Positions 12,347 through 24,100 of a stretch of DNA of 53,438 nucleotides are shown in pieces (position 1 is the stretch's first letter; each line of letters starts with the position of its first letter). Source of the stretch: Catajapyx aquilonaris (taxonomy: Eukaryota); contig KZ538147.1 of assembly GCA_000934665.2 (NCBI GenBank), forward strand, positions 62,001 through 115,438, in the 5' to 3' direction. The translations under genes were made by a program, and so were the position numbers. The notes below the pieces were generated by a model. The model was not told the origin of the DNA and made no database searches. It was given only the letters and a program-made list of their open reading frames with translations.

Positions 12347-15300
12347 TCACAGGCTCCAGACCATCTTTCCAGCTTCATTGAGGTGAACCTTGTCCCTGAC
12401 CAGAAGCTCCAGAGCTTTTGGATAGGCCCCATGTTCTGCCTTCAAACCCCGCTCCATGAGAGTATCCAAGGTGTCATCAGTCTTCACCTCCACAACCTCC
12501 TGGACCAATATCCCTCCAGTGTCAACTTCCTCCTGCACAAGAGATAACATCACAAGAGATTAATCCCAGCAGTATGTATAACTTGGAGGCTAAGAAAGAA
12601 ATATTTTCTCAAATATTACAGCAATAACTTGGCAATAACCCAGGAGCCCTGTGAAACAACCCATTAAATTTAAACAGGATATACTCATGTGTTTGTCTAA
12701 TACGAAAGCAAGAAACGTCAAGTTACTATGACGGTGAGATATTGCAGATCTTTCACATGCATTTCCAACTGCATTTGATATTAATTTTGTGTCAAGAAAA
12801 AAAAAATCCTTTTATTGATGTAACTTTCATGTGAATTTGTCTATTGTGCAGTAACAAAGAGAGTTACCTCCACAAAATGAACAGTGCATCCAGTGACCCT
12901 GACCCCAGCGTCTAGTGCCTGCTGATATCCGTTCATCCCAGGAAATGAGGGAAGCAAGGCCGGATGAATGTTGATGAGCTTTCCCCTCCAGCTGCGCACA
13001 AAATCTTTTGTAAGGATTCGCATGAAGCCTGCCAGGCATACAAACTCCACTCCGGCATCCACGAGAGTCTGGTGGATCTTGGAGTCAAACGTCTCTCTGC
13101 TTAGCCCTTGGTGTGGGATGACCTTGGTTGGAATTCCTGCTGCTTCAGCACGCTCAAGTGCTTTGACTCCAGGCTTGTTGGAAACCACCAGCACAATCTC
13201 AGCCCTGCTCTCCTTAGCTGGATTGCTGACATGATCAATGAGTGACTGCAGGTTGGTGCCCGAGCCTGAGACCAGGACTGCAACTCGTCGACGGCGGGCA
13301 GCCCCAGGGCCACCAATGGGACGCAGGTGTAGGTATGGACGCACCTTAGCCTCCATCACTTTTCCTATGTTCTTTACAACTACTCTTTCTTCATTTGGCT
13401 CCACCTTATGCACTTTGCCAATCTTCCAGCACTTCTCCTGGGCATCTGACACCGTCCTGTTATTTTAAAATAATGTGATTAGTCTTAATTATGACTATGG
13501 AATATGTATGTTTATGAGAATTGCACCTACACCTATACCAATCTCTGGTAGAATGGCAAGGCTTGTAGAGGTTTTTGTGAACTGTGTAACACAGTAACAG
13601 TCCCTTATTAAATCTTATGATGGACAGAAATTCTACACAACTTGTAGATATAATCTCAACTGACCTCATGACCTCCTCAGTATGGGCAGGATCAACCACC
13701 ATGACAACACCTAGACCACAGTTGAATGTGCGTATCATCTCTGCCTGGCTGACTCCACCTGCACCTGCTATCCACCCAAATACTTCAGGCATTTCCCAAC
13801 ATGTAGCATCCAGGATGACTCCCCTTCGGGCTGGTAAAACTCGAGGAACATTTTCAGTCAGGCCACCACCTGTTATGTGGGCAAGTGCCTTGACTTTCCC
13901 TGAGCGAAGCAGTGGCAAGAGTGACTGTACATATATCTTTGTTGGAGTCAACAGTGCATCGCCAAGGGACATGCTCTGGTCAAATGGTGCAGGTTCTTCT
14001 AACTTGGCCCCAGTGCTTTCTACAACTCGCCGCACCAGGCTATATCCATTTGAGTGCACACCACTGGAAGCAACTCCAATGACTTCATCACCAGTAGCAA
14101 CAGAGTCCAGACGGGGGAGGTGGAATCCACGCTCAACTGCTCCCACTGCAAACCCAGCAAGGTCGTAACAGCCAGCAGAGTAAACTCCAGGCATTTCAGC
14201 AGTCTCTCCACCGACAAGAGCACACCCAGCCAGTTGACATCCTTGAGTAATCCCACGAATGACATCAGTGGCATTCTCCACGTCCAATTTACCACAGGCG
14301 TAGTAGTCGAGGAAGAAGAGGGGTTGAGCACCATGAGCCAGGATGTCATTTACACACATGGCAACCAGATCAATGCCAATGGTGCTGTGCTTGCCATGTA
14401 GTTCAGCGATCTATTGATAAATGCAGTTGTTAATATAATATTTCAAATTCCTTTGCAATGATTTAAAAATTTCACACCTTTCCACTATGTACAGGGTGGG
14501 CGAAAAGTCCCAGGACACCTGGCTTTTTTTGCCTGCAAAACAAATCTGTGCATGGAAAATGTGTCGGGGATGCTGGTGTGACATAGTCTGGACACTGACG
14601 GAACTGTTTGAAGAGGAGAGACATTTGGGGACCCCCAACAACACCCACAATAAATTAACAATGTTAACAGTGCAAGATGGCGGATACGAGCGGGTTCACT
14701 GTGGAGGAGAGACTTGCGGCTACTGTGTGGGTTCACGGGAGGCCTCATACAGGAAAGAACATAATGCACATAATGCAGGATATCAGGGCTCCTTTTGGTA
14801 AGGTGCCACCGAGAAGAAGTAACTTGAACAAGTGGGAGAAAAAAACATTCAGCATGGGAAATGTGAAAGACGGGGAAGCGTGAAAGACACTTCCCTTGCT
14901 AAATGCCTTTTATGGGTGTTGTTGGGGGTCCCCATATGTCTCCCCTCATCAAACAGTTCCGTCAGTGTCCAGAAGATGTTACACCAGCATTTCCGACACA
15001 TTTTCCATGCACGGATTTGTTTTGCAGGCAAAAAAAAGCCAGGTGTCCTGGGACTTTTCGCCCACCCTGTAGTCAAGAGAATGCATTTTGTCCATACGTT
15101 TGCAATGCTTACCTTAAGTTTTGTCCCAACACCATCAGTCCCAGATACCAGATAAGGATCCTGATACCCAGCAGCACTCAGATCAAAGAATGCTCCAAAG
15201 CCACCAAGACTCCCAACGGTCCCACTGGTCTTTGTGTTCTCGACCATGGGGGCAATGTTCTTCACCAGCCTATCTCCGGCATCAATGTCAACTCCTGCAC

Positions 15301-16970
15301 CTCTGTAGGTCATGCCTCCTGATCCACAGGCAAGAAGCTGCCTGGCGATGCCTTTGTGTGCAATGTCAGTCCTGTATTGCACTCCTTCAAATGAGACGTG
15401 CCTGGCTCCTTCAAGTGCTTTGGCTGCAGCCTTGCTCAGCTCAGGAGCTACTCCCACAGTTATGAGCACACGACCACCAGAGGTCACCACTGACATGCGT
15501 TCATCTAGGGAAGTACCAGCATGGAAGATGAGGACCTTGTCTGTGTCCAGGCCCTTAATGGGACATCCCTTGCGGTAAGGGCCAGGGTATCCCTCACTGG
15601 CCAAGACAACTCCCACTGCACTATCCTTGTGCCATTGCAGTTGGAGGCCACCAATCTTGCGTTCCAGGCAGCAATGCATTACTTCGTACAAGTCGTTCTT
15701 AAGGAGTGGAAGGAGCACCTAGAAATGATATTTATTATAGAAGTAGCAAGTAGGAGTAGGCCTACAAATATTCAACAACTGAATTTGGATATAGTTTTGG
15801 TAACATATGAGTAAGTCAATATTTTGTTAAAAAATTGAATGCCATTTTTGTAAAAAAGACCAACATGCTGGGTACCTGTGTCTCAGGGTCTCCGAATCTG
15901 CAGTTGTATTCCAGAACTTTGGGTCCCTCCTTGGTGACAATGAGGCCAGCATACAGAACACCTACAAAGGGGCAGCCTTCTCCGCGCATCCCATCCACAG
16001 TCTTCTGTAGGATATTCTCCCTGACGAACTTTATATCAGCATCAGTCAGTAGTGGACATGGTGCATAGGCACCCATCCCACCAGTGTTGGGTCCCGTGTC
16101 ATCATTTCCCAGGCGCTTGTGATCCTGGGCGGGAAGCATCATGGCCACCTGGAACCCATCCGTGAAGCACAGAATGGACACCTCCTCTCCCTCCAACAGC
16201 TCCTCTACCACGATATTATCTGCAGCCTCCTTCAATGATTCTGATGCCATCACTTCATCCACAGCAGCACATGCCTCGTCTGTGCTGGAAGCCACCACCA
16301 CACCTTTTCCAGCAGCCAGTCCTGATGCCTTCACCACCCAAGCACGGAAAGGTGCCTCTCGGATGAACTTCTTGGCCTAAACATATGCATGCAAACATAA
16401 ATTGTAAGAATAGTAAATGGCAATCTGTAGTCTTCATATGATTTCTTCTCACCTTGTATGATTATCATGGATGGGGCTTATTAATGAGGAAAAATGAAGT
16501 GTATGGGACTGATAAGTTTCTTATAAAATAGGTTGAAACTGCAACTTTACCTGTGCAGGGCTACTAAATGTGCCCCATTGGGCCGTGGGAATGGAATGTC
16601 TGTCCATGAAGCTCTTTGCAAATTGCTTGCTGGCCTCAATCAGTGCTGCAGCCTTCCTGGGGCCAAAGACATGAAGTCCCATCTTGGTAAGGTCATCAGT
16701 TATTCCAGTTGCAAGGGGATCCTCCGGTCCCACCACCACCAACGCAATGTCATGCTTGTGACACCAGTCTGCCACCTCCTCTCGTTTCTTCAGGTTCAAT
16801 TCTACGCACTCCACATTCTGCATGGCCATTCCAGCATTTCCAGGCGACGCATACACACGGAAGACATGGCGAGACTGGGCCAACTTCCAGCACAGGGCAT
16901 GCTCCCGTCCACCACCGCCAATCACCAAGACTTTGGCCCCACTCTCAGACTTCTTGCGCTTGCCCTCCAT
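12347..16970 (-). CDS. GART: Trifunctional purine biosynthetic protein adenosine-3 (GARS-AIRS-GART)
   Basis: Exons 16970-16551, 16376-15876, 15718-15113, 14410-13665, 13456-12868 and 12532-12347 are all in phase. [89 protein letters not shown]. The true start may lie upstream. Confidence 0.96.
14492..15069 (+). mobile_element. Internally deleted Tc1/mariner-superfamily element in GART intron
   Basis: TA target duplication (14490-91, 15070-71) and ~155-bp TIRs starting CAGGGTGGGCGAAAAGTCCC. The internal ORF 14677-14883 resembles an N-terminal transposase HTH (DUF4817-like). Confidence 0.88.
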
Positions 16971-19210
16971 TTGAATCTGCAAAAAGGTAAATCCTAGTGA
17001 AAAATGCAACGTGTATTACAGCTGAAAAGTTACACATCGTTGCTCTCCATTTTTCCTTCTTTACGGTCCATCACGCATCACTATCCATAAATGATAAATG
17101 TGATGTGACAGAACCTTCCCTCAATTTTATAAAATATCATTTTATACAATTGTACATATTAAACCACACAAAATTTAAGGGACAGTGATTTCATGACCTA
17201 ACTCCACTCACAAGCCTTTTCAGTGCCTTTTCCCTCGATGCCAACTGAAATTCAGCTCTAGTGTTGTCACCTCTCAGACCTCCAGGTCCAAAGTCTAGTC
17301 GGAAACAAAGCAAAAAAATGAGTGACCAGAGAAACAGGGTGGGTCAGCCAGCCGGACTGTACAGTTGTTGTCTGGCCAGCTATACCATCACCATGTGGCG
17401 GGCTGGCGGCAAAGTCAAGGCCGCGTGGCCTCCAATACAAGGGAGGCATTCCTGACCAGAGATGGAGCTACATATGCACTGCTTTTTTGAATCTAGATTC
17501 ATCAGAAGCTCATCACTCGATGATTTAAATCAGTCAGTTAAAAAGAGGCTCACTTAAAAGCCCATGAGCCGGGATAACCTAATATATTATTTATTATTAG
17601 GCTAATAAATATTGTGTAATCCATATTAAACTATCCTCTCAGTCATGCATAAGCTCCACATTTTCTTTATTTAAAAATGCTTAGATGTAGTAGGCTATTT
17701 GATTGGTTTATATATATCAGTGTCAATATATTTGAATTCCTGAAGTCACAAACTCAATTATGATAAACCCTATTTATTAAATATTAATGTTTCTCGGTTT
17801 GCTTGAATAATTTCTCGTGCCAAATGGAATGCGCACACACAATTGCGCCAAGTCCAAGGGTCAGGAACAGTAATTTCTAGCACCTTCTGGCGTACCCTAC
17901 AGCAGATTTGGAAGAGGACACCTACATCATATATAGATCAAAACAAGATCAAAACGCCCACATGACATGGATCCCGCTCAACCCCCATCCTTCCTTAGTT
18001 CGCAACGTTATCTGCTCCGTAGGGGTCGGATATGTCCAGTAAAATCCAGATATACCAACAGTATATAGACAATGATTATTAAAAACCTGCCGTAATTTAA
18101 TACAGTGTATTAGCCAGTAGTCGGTGAACCCGTATTCAATACGGTACGCCGGCCGAGGAACCTTTGCGATTAACCTTCGCAATAAGGCACGCAGGTAGGA
18201 TGCAATTTCCGGGCATCGACCAAGTCCCTTTCCAGTAAGGGTTTGGCAAATGACTCACAGGACCACTATAATCGTATATTCGATCGGTTCTACTCACCTT
18301 CTAAATATATCTCTTGAGGCAGAAAGAAAGTTACGACTCGGGTCGTATATTTCTACTAGAAATTCCACTATGTGTGAGTGCAGGAACGATCCATCCAGAT
18401 GGGCTGGTTCTCAAGGAAAGACGGGGAGCGATCTGAAAATCCGATTTGACATGTGCTTGACCCTCGTCATAATTGACACATCCACTGTTGCCTCTTCGTA
18501 AGTAGTAGTCTTCAACTAAATCTATATGATGAGAATGAGGAGGCAACTCTGGATGTATGCAAGTCAAGGTCGATAAGGCATCCCAAGACTATATGATGAC
18601 CTTCTTACCCCCCTGGGGTCAAATCACACCATTTCCTCCTCTCCTCTTACGAGATTGCTCGAGGCCTCTGTTGCACTATCGTGACGACGAATTTTCCGAG
18701 TTATTGGGGTTTTATCATTCGGGGTGTCACGGTAAATCTCCAGCATGAGGCATGTTTGTCTTTTCCGGCAAGTGAGTGTCGTTGGCGTGAGACATTTTTT
18801 GTGAGGTTTTGTCGAAATATCCATTAAGTTATGACTATTCAAGCTAATGTTAAATTTTCATGATTATCCTCAGAGAGATCTATTTACAATATTCAGTATT
18901 ACAGAATGAGAAAGCAACGGTGAAGGGGGTTACACCATAGTCACCTTACCAAGCATTACCTGAAAATTGTTGGTGTACATGATGACTGACAGTGATTGAT
19001 CAGTTTTGAACATGATGATCGTGGGTATTGATGGCTGTTCAAGACTGGACTTTGCGTGATTCAGTTCTTCACGTGGTTCATGTGATATTATTCGCACTCC
19101 AGATATTTTGCCACAGGTTCTTTTTTTTTTTACACATATCGCACACTCACGACAAAGCAGGCAAATCACTGCTGCGAATGATGAACGGTGCATATCTGAT
19201 GCCTTACATT

Positions 19211-19422
19211 TTAAAATATACGGAATAACAATCTTGAGAACCATGCCAAAAGACTGTTGAAATCGTTGTACTTTCCGAGAAATAAATTAAATAGGCCTAC
19301 TTTTCTGCGACTTGCCTGATGTCACTTCGGATTACTCCCATTTACTTGTTTCTCGAAAAGTACGACGATTTCAGCAAATCCATTTGGCACCCTTCTCAAA
19401 AATTTTATTCCGTATATTTCAA
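19211..19422. mobile_element. Degenerate MITE / inverted repeat
   Basis: ~75-bp imperfect inverted arms (AAATATACGGAATAA..GTACTTTCCGAGAAA / TTTCTCGAAAAGTAC..TTATTCCGTATATTT). Confidence 0.6.
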
Positions 19423-19654
19423 CGTATTTCATTCAGCCTAACAGTTGTTGGCCGGCAGTAGGCGACTCTAATTTCGAGTTTTTACAGCGGTATTTTTGGA
19501 AATTAATTTAGAGACTTCTATGGGAGGGGATTTGCTTTCAACATATTCATAACGTTTTCCCTGAACGGGTAAGTAGAGCTGTTATTGTTTGTAAAATATC
19601 TTGTTCGTATAGTCTTCATCAGCGCACGAGTAGCCTAAGCGGAAAACTAGGCGG

Positions 19655-19760
19655 TGCACACTGGTATAGGCCTACTGCACACTGGTATAGGCCTACTGCA
19701 CACTGGTATAGGCCTACTGCACACTGGTATAGGCCTACTGCACACTGGTATAGGCCTACT
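19655..19760. repeat. Minisatellite, 21-bp unit x5
   Basis: Five perfect copies of TGCACACTGGTATAGGCCTAC with no spacers. Confidence 0.95.
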
Positions 19761-21170
19761 TGGCGGTCGAGTTCTCAGCGCCTAGATTCTATAGTGTTCT
19801 ATAGGCGGCTGGCTGGGGCTCAAGGGATTGTTCGACAATGCCATTAAGATAATATGGGAAATTGGTTATAAGCCACATTTGGTAAAGTGTATGAAGATGA
19901 CTAACTATAGAGAGTTATGGAATAACAGCTCCTGAGTATATAGAGCTGCCGGCTGCAAGTCTATATAGTGTAGAGTGACCGAGGGGGAAATCACGTTATG
20001 TCCGACCTAAGTCTGCCATTATCAGTCCGACGTAAGTCCGATATTCTGTAAGTCAGGCACATAGTGATTTCCCCTTCGGGAGTGACTCACCTTACAGCGT
20101 GCTGCGTTCCACCTTTCCGGGAAAGCACTGGATGTGGCGGGGTGTCTGAGTATTCCTGATGAATTATTGATATTCTCTTTAAAAACATCGCCCGCAGCTT
20201 TCATAGTGCTTCGGCCTTCGCTGCAATGGATTTTTAAAAATGGTGGTATGACTACTGGCTTCGTAAGGGCCATAACTGAATTCAGGGAAGGCTCAAAGTA
20301 CAGTGAAATATCATGTTAATAATCAATATTTTATATGGCATAAATGTAATGTACAAGTGTACTGTACATAGTACAATGACTCACGGGAACCAAGTAATAT
20401 AGGCCCCATAAATTAATTGCTGCAAATTGCATGTAATATGTACCAAGTCGACTTGTATCAAGGAATTGGAGAGCACAGGCCAGAGGAACACTATAAAACA
20501 AATAATGCAAGACCGCTGCAATGTACGAGTACAATCATATCCAAATCAGAGACATACACAATGTTGTAACGATATAATTAGCGTGCGGTACCGTAATAAA
20601 TATCACGAAGCGTATACAATAATCCTGCCAGGGATGCGCTGACGAGGTGAGTATTGAAAAGATACCTATACGGCAGACATCCGAATGACCTTCCGCCAAT
20701 CCGAATGCCACCGGTATTGATATATACTACAGGCGGCAAATACTCTAAGAGTGTGTGTATATATAATAAGAATGCAAATACTGAATATCGTTATTATTTC
20801 TATATATAGAGTAAAAAGCCTGACATCCCCCACGAACGCTGCGGAGGACCGCACGGCGATTATGTGGGTTCAAGGCTGAAATTCCTGAAGAGTACAGTAC
20901 AGAAGCATTAGAATCACCTAACACTTCTTGTACTTCCTATATAAATTGTGACGAATCTCTATACAACGCTGTACGCATAATTCAGACGTACAGCAACAAT
21001 AATCATCAGTAATAGATTTTGCATAATAAGTTATAGTTATACAGACGTGCGCTTTATATAAATCGCATCCAAGTGTCCTTGTTCAGAATATCCGACTTTT
21101 TCGGGCCTAATCTGTCTGCAAAAGCTGGCTAACTTGGAGCGAGGTGCATAAAGAAGAGAATTTGATAACC

Positions 21171-24100
21171 TCAGTTGATGAGCAAAGGCCCTTCTTCTGG
21201 GAGTGCTTTTGGGGCCACCTCGGAGTCAAAGTCGTACCTGGATGGCAGTGGGGAAGTAGCAGTGGTAAGGGACGAAGGAGGGGAGCTGGATCGGCTGTGG
21301 GACACGGAGGACGAGATCAAGACGAACTCTGGGTCGACACCCCTGGTTTCTGGCATGCATTTGTATACATAAAAGGACAATGCGGTGGTGATTATGGCGA
21401 ATGGAAGGAACGAGTGAGATCCGATGGCGGCCTGCAGAGGAGGGAATGTCATGCCTACGATCAGGTTGGCCGACCAGTTGGAGGCACTGCCGAGCCCCAT
21501 GGCTGTGGCCCTGGGCCCCTGGGCGAAGAGTTCCGTACCAACAAAGTAGGGGATTGGACCTAGACCCAAACCGTAGAAAAACACGTAGCTGAGGAGAGCC
21601 ACGATGCATATGTACCACATCCAGTCGGTTGCATTCTGCAAGAGAAGAGAGATATTAGTACTTTAAGCAGTTCTTGCTTTAAGTTGGAATCTTCCTTAAA
21701 GCGTGGCACTTTGACGAGGACTCTTTGATTCACGAAATCAAAATACAGACTCGAAAGAAGCAGTATACATACAAAAACCAAGTGCAGGATTCAGTAAAAA
21801 CCTCAGGTTCTCACTGAATCCCGCTGTGGTGCAACAGACCAGAAATCGGAATTTTCTTAAACCAAGTTTAGTCGTCAAAATGCCACAAAACAATTTTCTC
21901 TCACTATAAAAGTTATGGTTATCCAGAGGATGAAGAGGCAACAAGCGGAAGTGATGCAGCTGAAGAGCATTAGCTTTCTCCTTGGTAACCTCTGAACCAG
22001 TCTGACCGAAAGGACGGCCATGGCGCAGTTGACGATACCGGCGCATATGTTGGCCACCTGCGCTCCTGTCCCCTTAACCCCGGCATTCTCCAGCACTAGG
22101 ACGATGTAGTAGAAGACGGCATTGATGCCCGACAGCTGCTGGCCAGCATGCATGCCGCACAAGAGCACCAGCCCCAGCAGCAACGGTCGACGAGACAGGA
22201 TCTTCTTGAGTCCCCAGTCGTCCGAGTCGTCCTGCGACGCCGAAGACTTATCCATCTGGTGCCTCTGAGACCTCAACTCTGCCAGATCCTCCTCAAGCTC
22301 CGCATCTGTACAACCGCTACCACGCAGCCTCTTAAGCTCCCGTATGGCAATGTCCATCCCTCCGCTGGGTCTCCTCGCCAAGAACACGGGGCTCTCAGGG
22401 ATGAAGATGGCCGTGGCCACCGTGGCCAACACCGCCGGTACACCACCCAAGCCTAACAGCAATGGCCATGTATCTGCCCTTCCCAGCAAGGCTCCCAATC
22501 CGAGTATCTGCGCTATGAGCAGCCCTCCTGAGACCCCCAGGGCGCAGAGGGCGGAGGCTGCTCCCTTGAGTCTCTTTGGAGCTACTTCTGACAGGTACAT
22601 TGGTACGGAAGCTGTGGCCAGTCCAGCCGAGACTCCAGCCAGCAACCTGGCCACCAGTAGAACCTCGATGGCCAGAACCTGGAGGCAGGAGAGTCCCAGT
22701 GCTGCGGAGGAGAGCACCAGGAGCAGCTGCAGGAAGAGGGTACCCCTTCGGCCCAATCTCTGGTTTAACCATCCTGCAGCCAGGCTGCCCACAGCTCCAC
22801 CCAGCACAAGGGCGGACACCACGCAGGCCCAGACCACCTCCAGCTCGGTGGGAGAGAGAGTTCGGCCCAGCTCATGGAGAGCGCTTCTCTGGCACCACGC
22901 TCGGATGAACTGATGGAGAATTACAAATTGAGCAATTAAAAATCATTATCACATCGCCGGAAAATGATTACCTAAGCACAGCCATGAGGAAACTGGGTTG
23001 CTACAGTACATAGGCACAGTATTTGCCAACCCAGATTTTCAAATTGATCGTATGATTATACATGCCAACATGGAAGAATTCTATTGGAATGAATCAAAAG
23101 AACTTGATAATACCAACATATAATTCATCGATGTTGACATGCAATCAGGCGATCAATCCATGTCTCTGGGTTGGAAATGGGTCCAAATAATGGAGCTAGC
23201 TAGTGTAAACAGGGCCCAGTTTCCTAGATGTTGGCTGTGCAAGTGACTCCAGAGATGAAACAGTGACGAGAGTCAATTCACAAATGTGTAGCATTAATAT
23301 GTCATTGATTTACACTTTAATTGAAAGCCTAATAATCAGCATTAAAAACCAATTATATAATGCAAGTACCTCATGAGGTGCATTAAGTACTCCGAGGCCG
23401 TATCCCGCAGGTATGCATGATCCAATCACGTTAGCAGCGCAGGTCATCACTAGTATGGGAGTCCATCTTCCAACCTGAAACGAGGACAAGTTCTAAGACA
23501 TTGACCAATTACTATCAATACTAGAGTAACCATTTTCAATCTGCGCCTTCCGCTGGGGGGAAGAACTGCGAGATATTATTTCTCTATTACTTTCCGGCGT
23601 CATTATTCAATTTGCAATGTAGGCTCCAGGGATTAACTTCGATTATAGCCTACGGGTATCGGAGAAGGGGACGCCTTTGACCTCGTTGAGTTGGCTTTAA
23701 AAAAAAACACCACGCGCTCTTCGACATATCTTGTTATTCTCTTGGCCTTCATTCTGGAGGTCCAAGAAGTTCATGCCTACGTCGATTTGTATCTAAGAAT
23801 AATTGACGGGATCCAATGAAAATGGTCCTTGTTTCAATTGAAAGGAATTAGATGTTACTTGCACGACCTTAAGAATGACCGCACACATTTATTTCACTTG
23901 GCAGTTTATGCTCTTTGCGAAACGTGTTGCTGGAATTTGTTGTTGGAATTTTGTTGAATATTACCCTAGCTTACTCTGGATATTAATGTGCAAGGTCGAA
24001 AGTGCTGTGTGACGACGCATATATAGGCAGGGGAAAAACAATTCTCAACAATACATACTAATGATACGTACGTGCAATTATGAATCTGTATAGTAGTACA

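Noticed and set aside
13617..14168. Long antisense ORFs over GART, GLUT (22344-22913) and ATP6V1D (43320-43784) exons
   Set aside because: These are shadow frames of real coding exons with no independent evidence.
18298..18842. Coding-looking segment upstream of GART
   Set aside because: The ORFs are short and unrecognisable, and the candidate exon 18432-18298 has stops in all three frames.
19655..19760. 21-bp tandem array (and the 38-bp array at 25340) as a CRISPR-like locus
   Set aside because: The units are head-to-tail with no unique spacers, there are no cas genes, and the context is eukaryotic.
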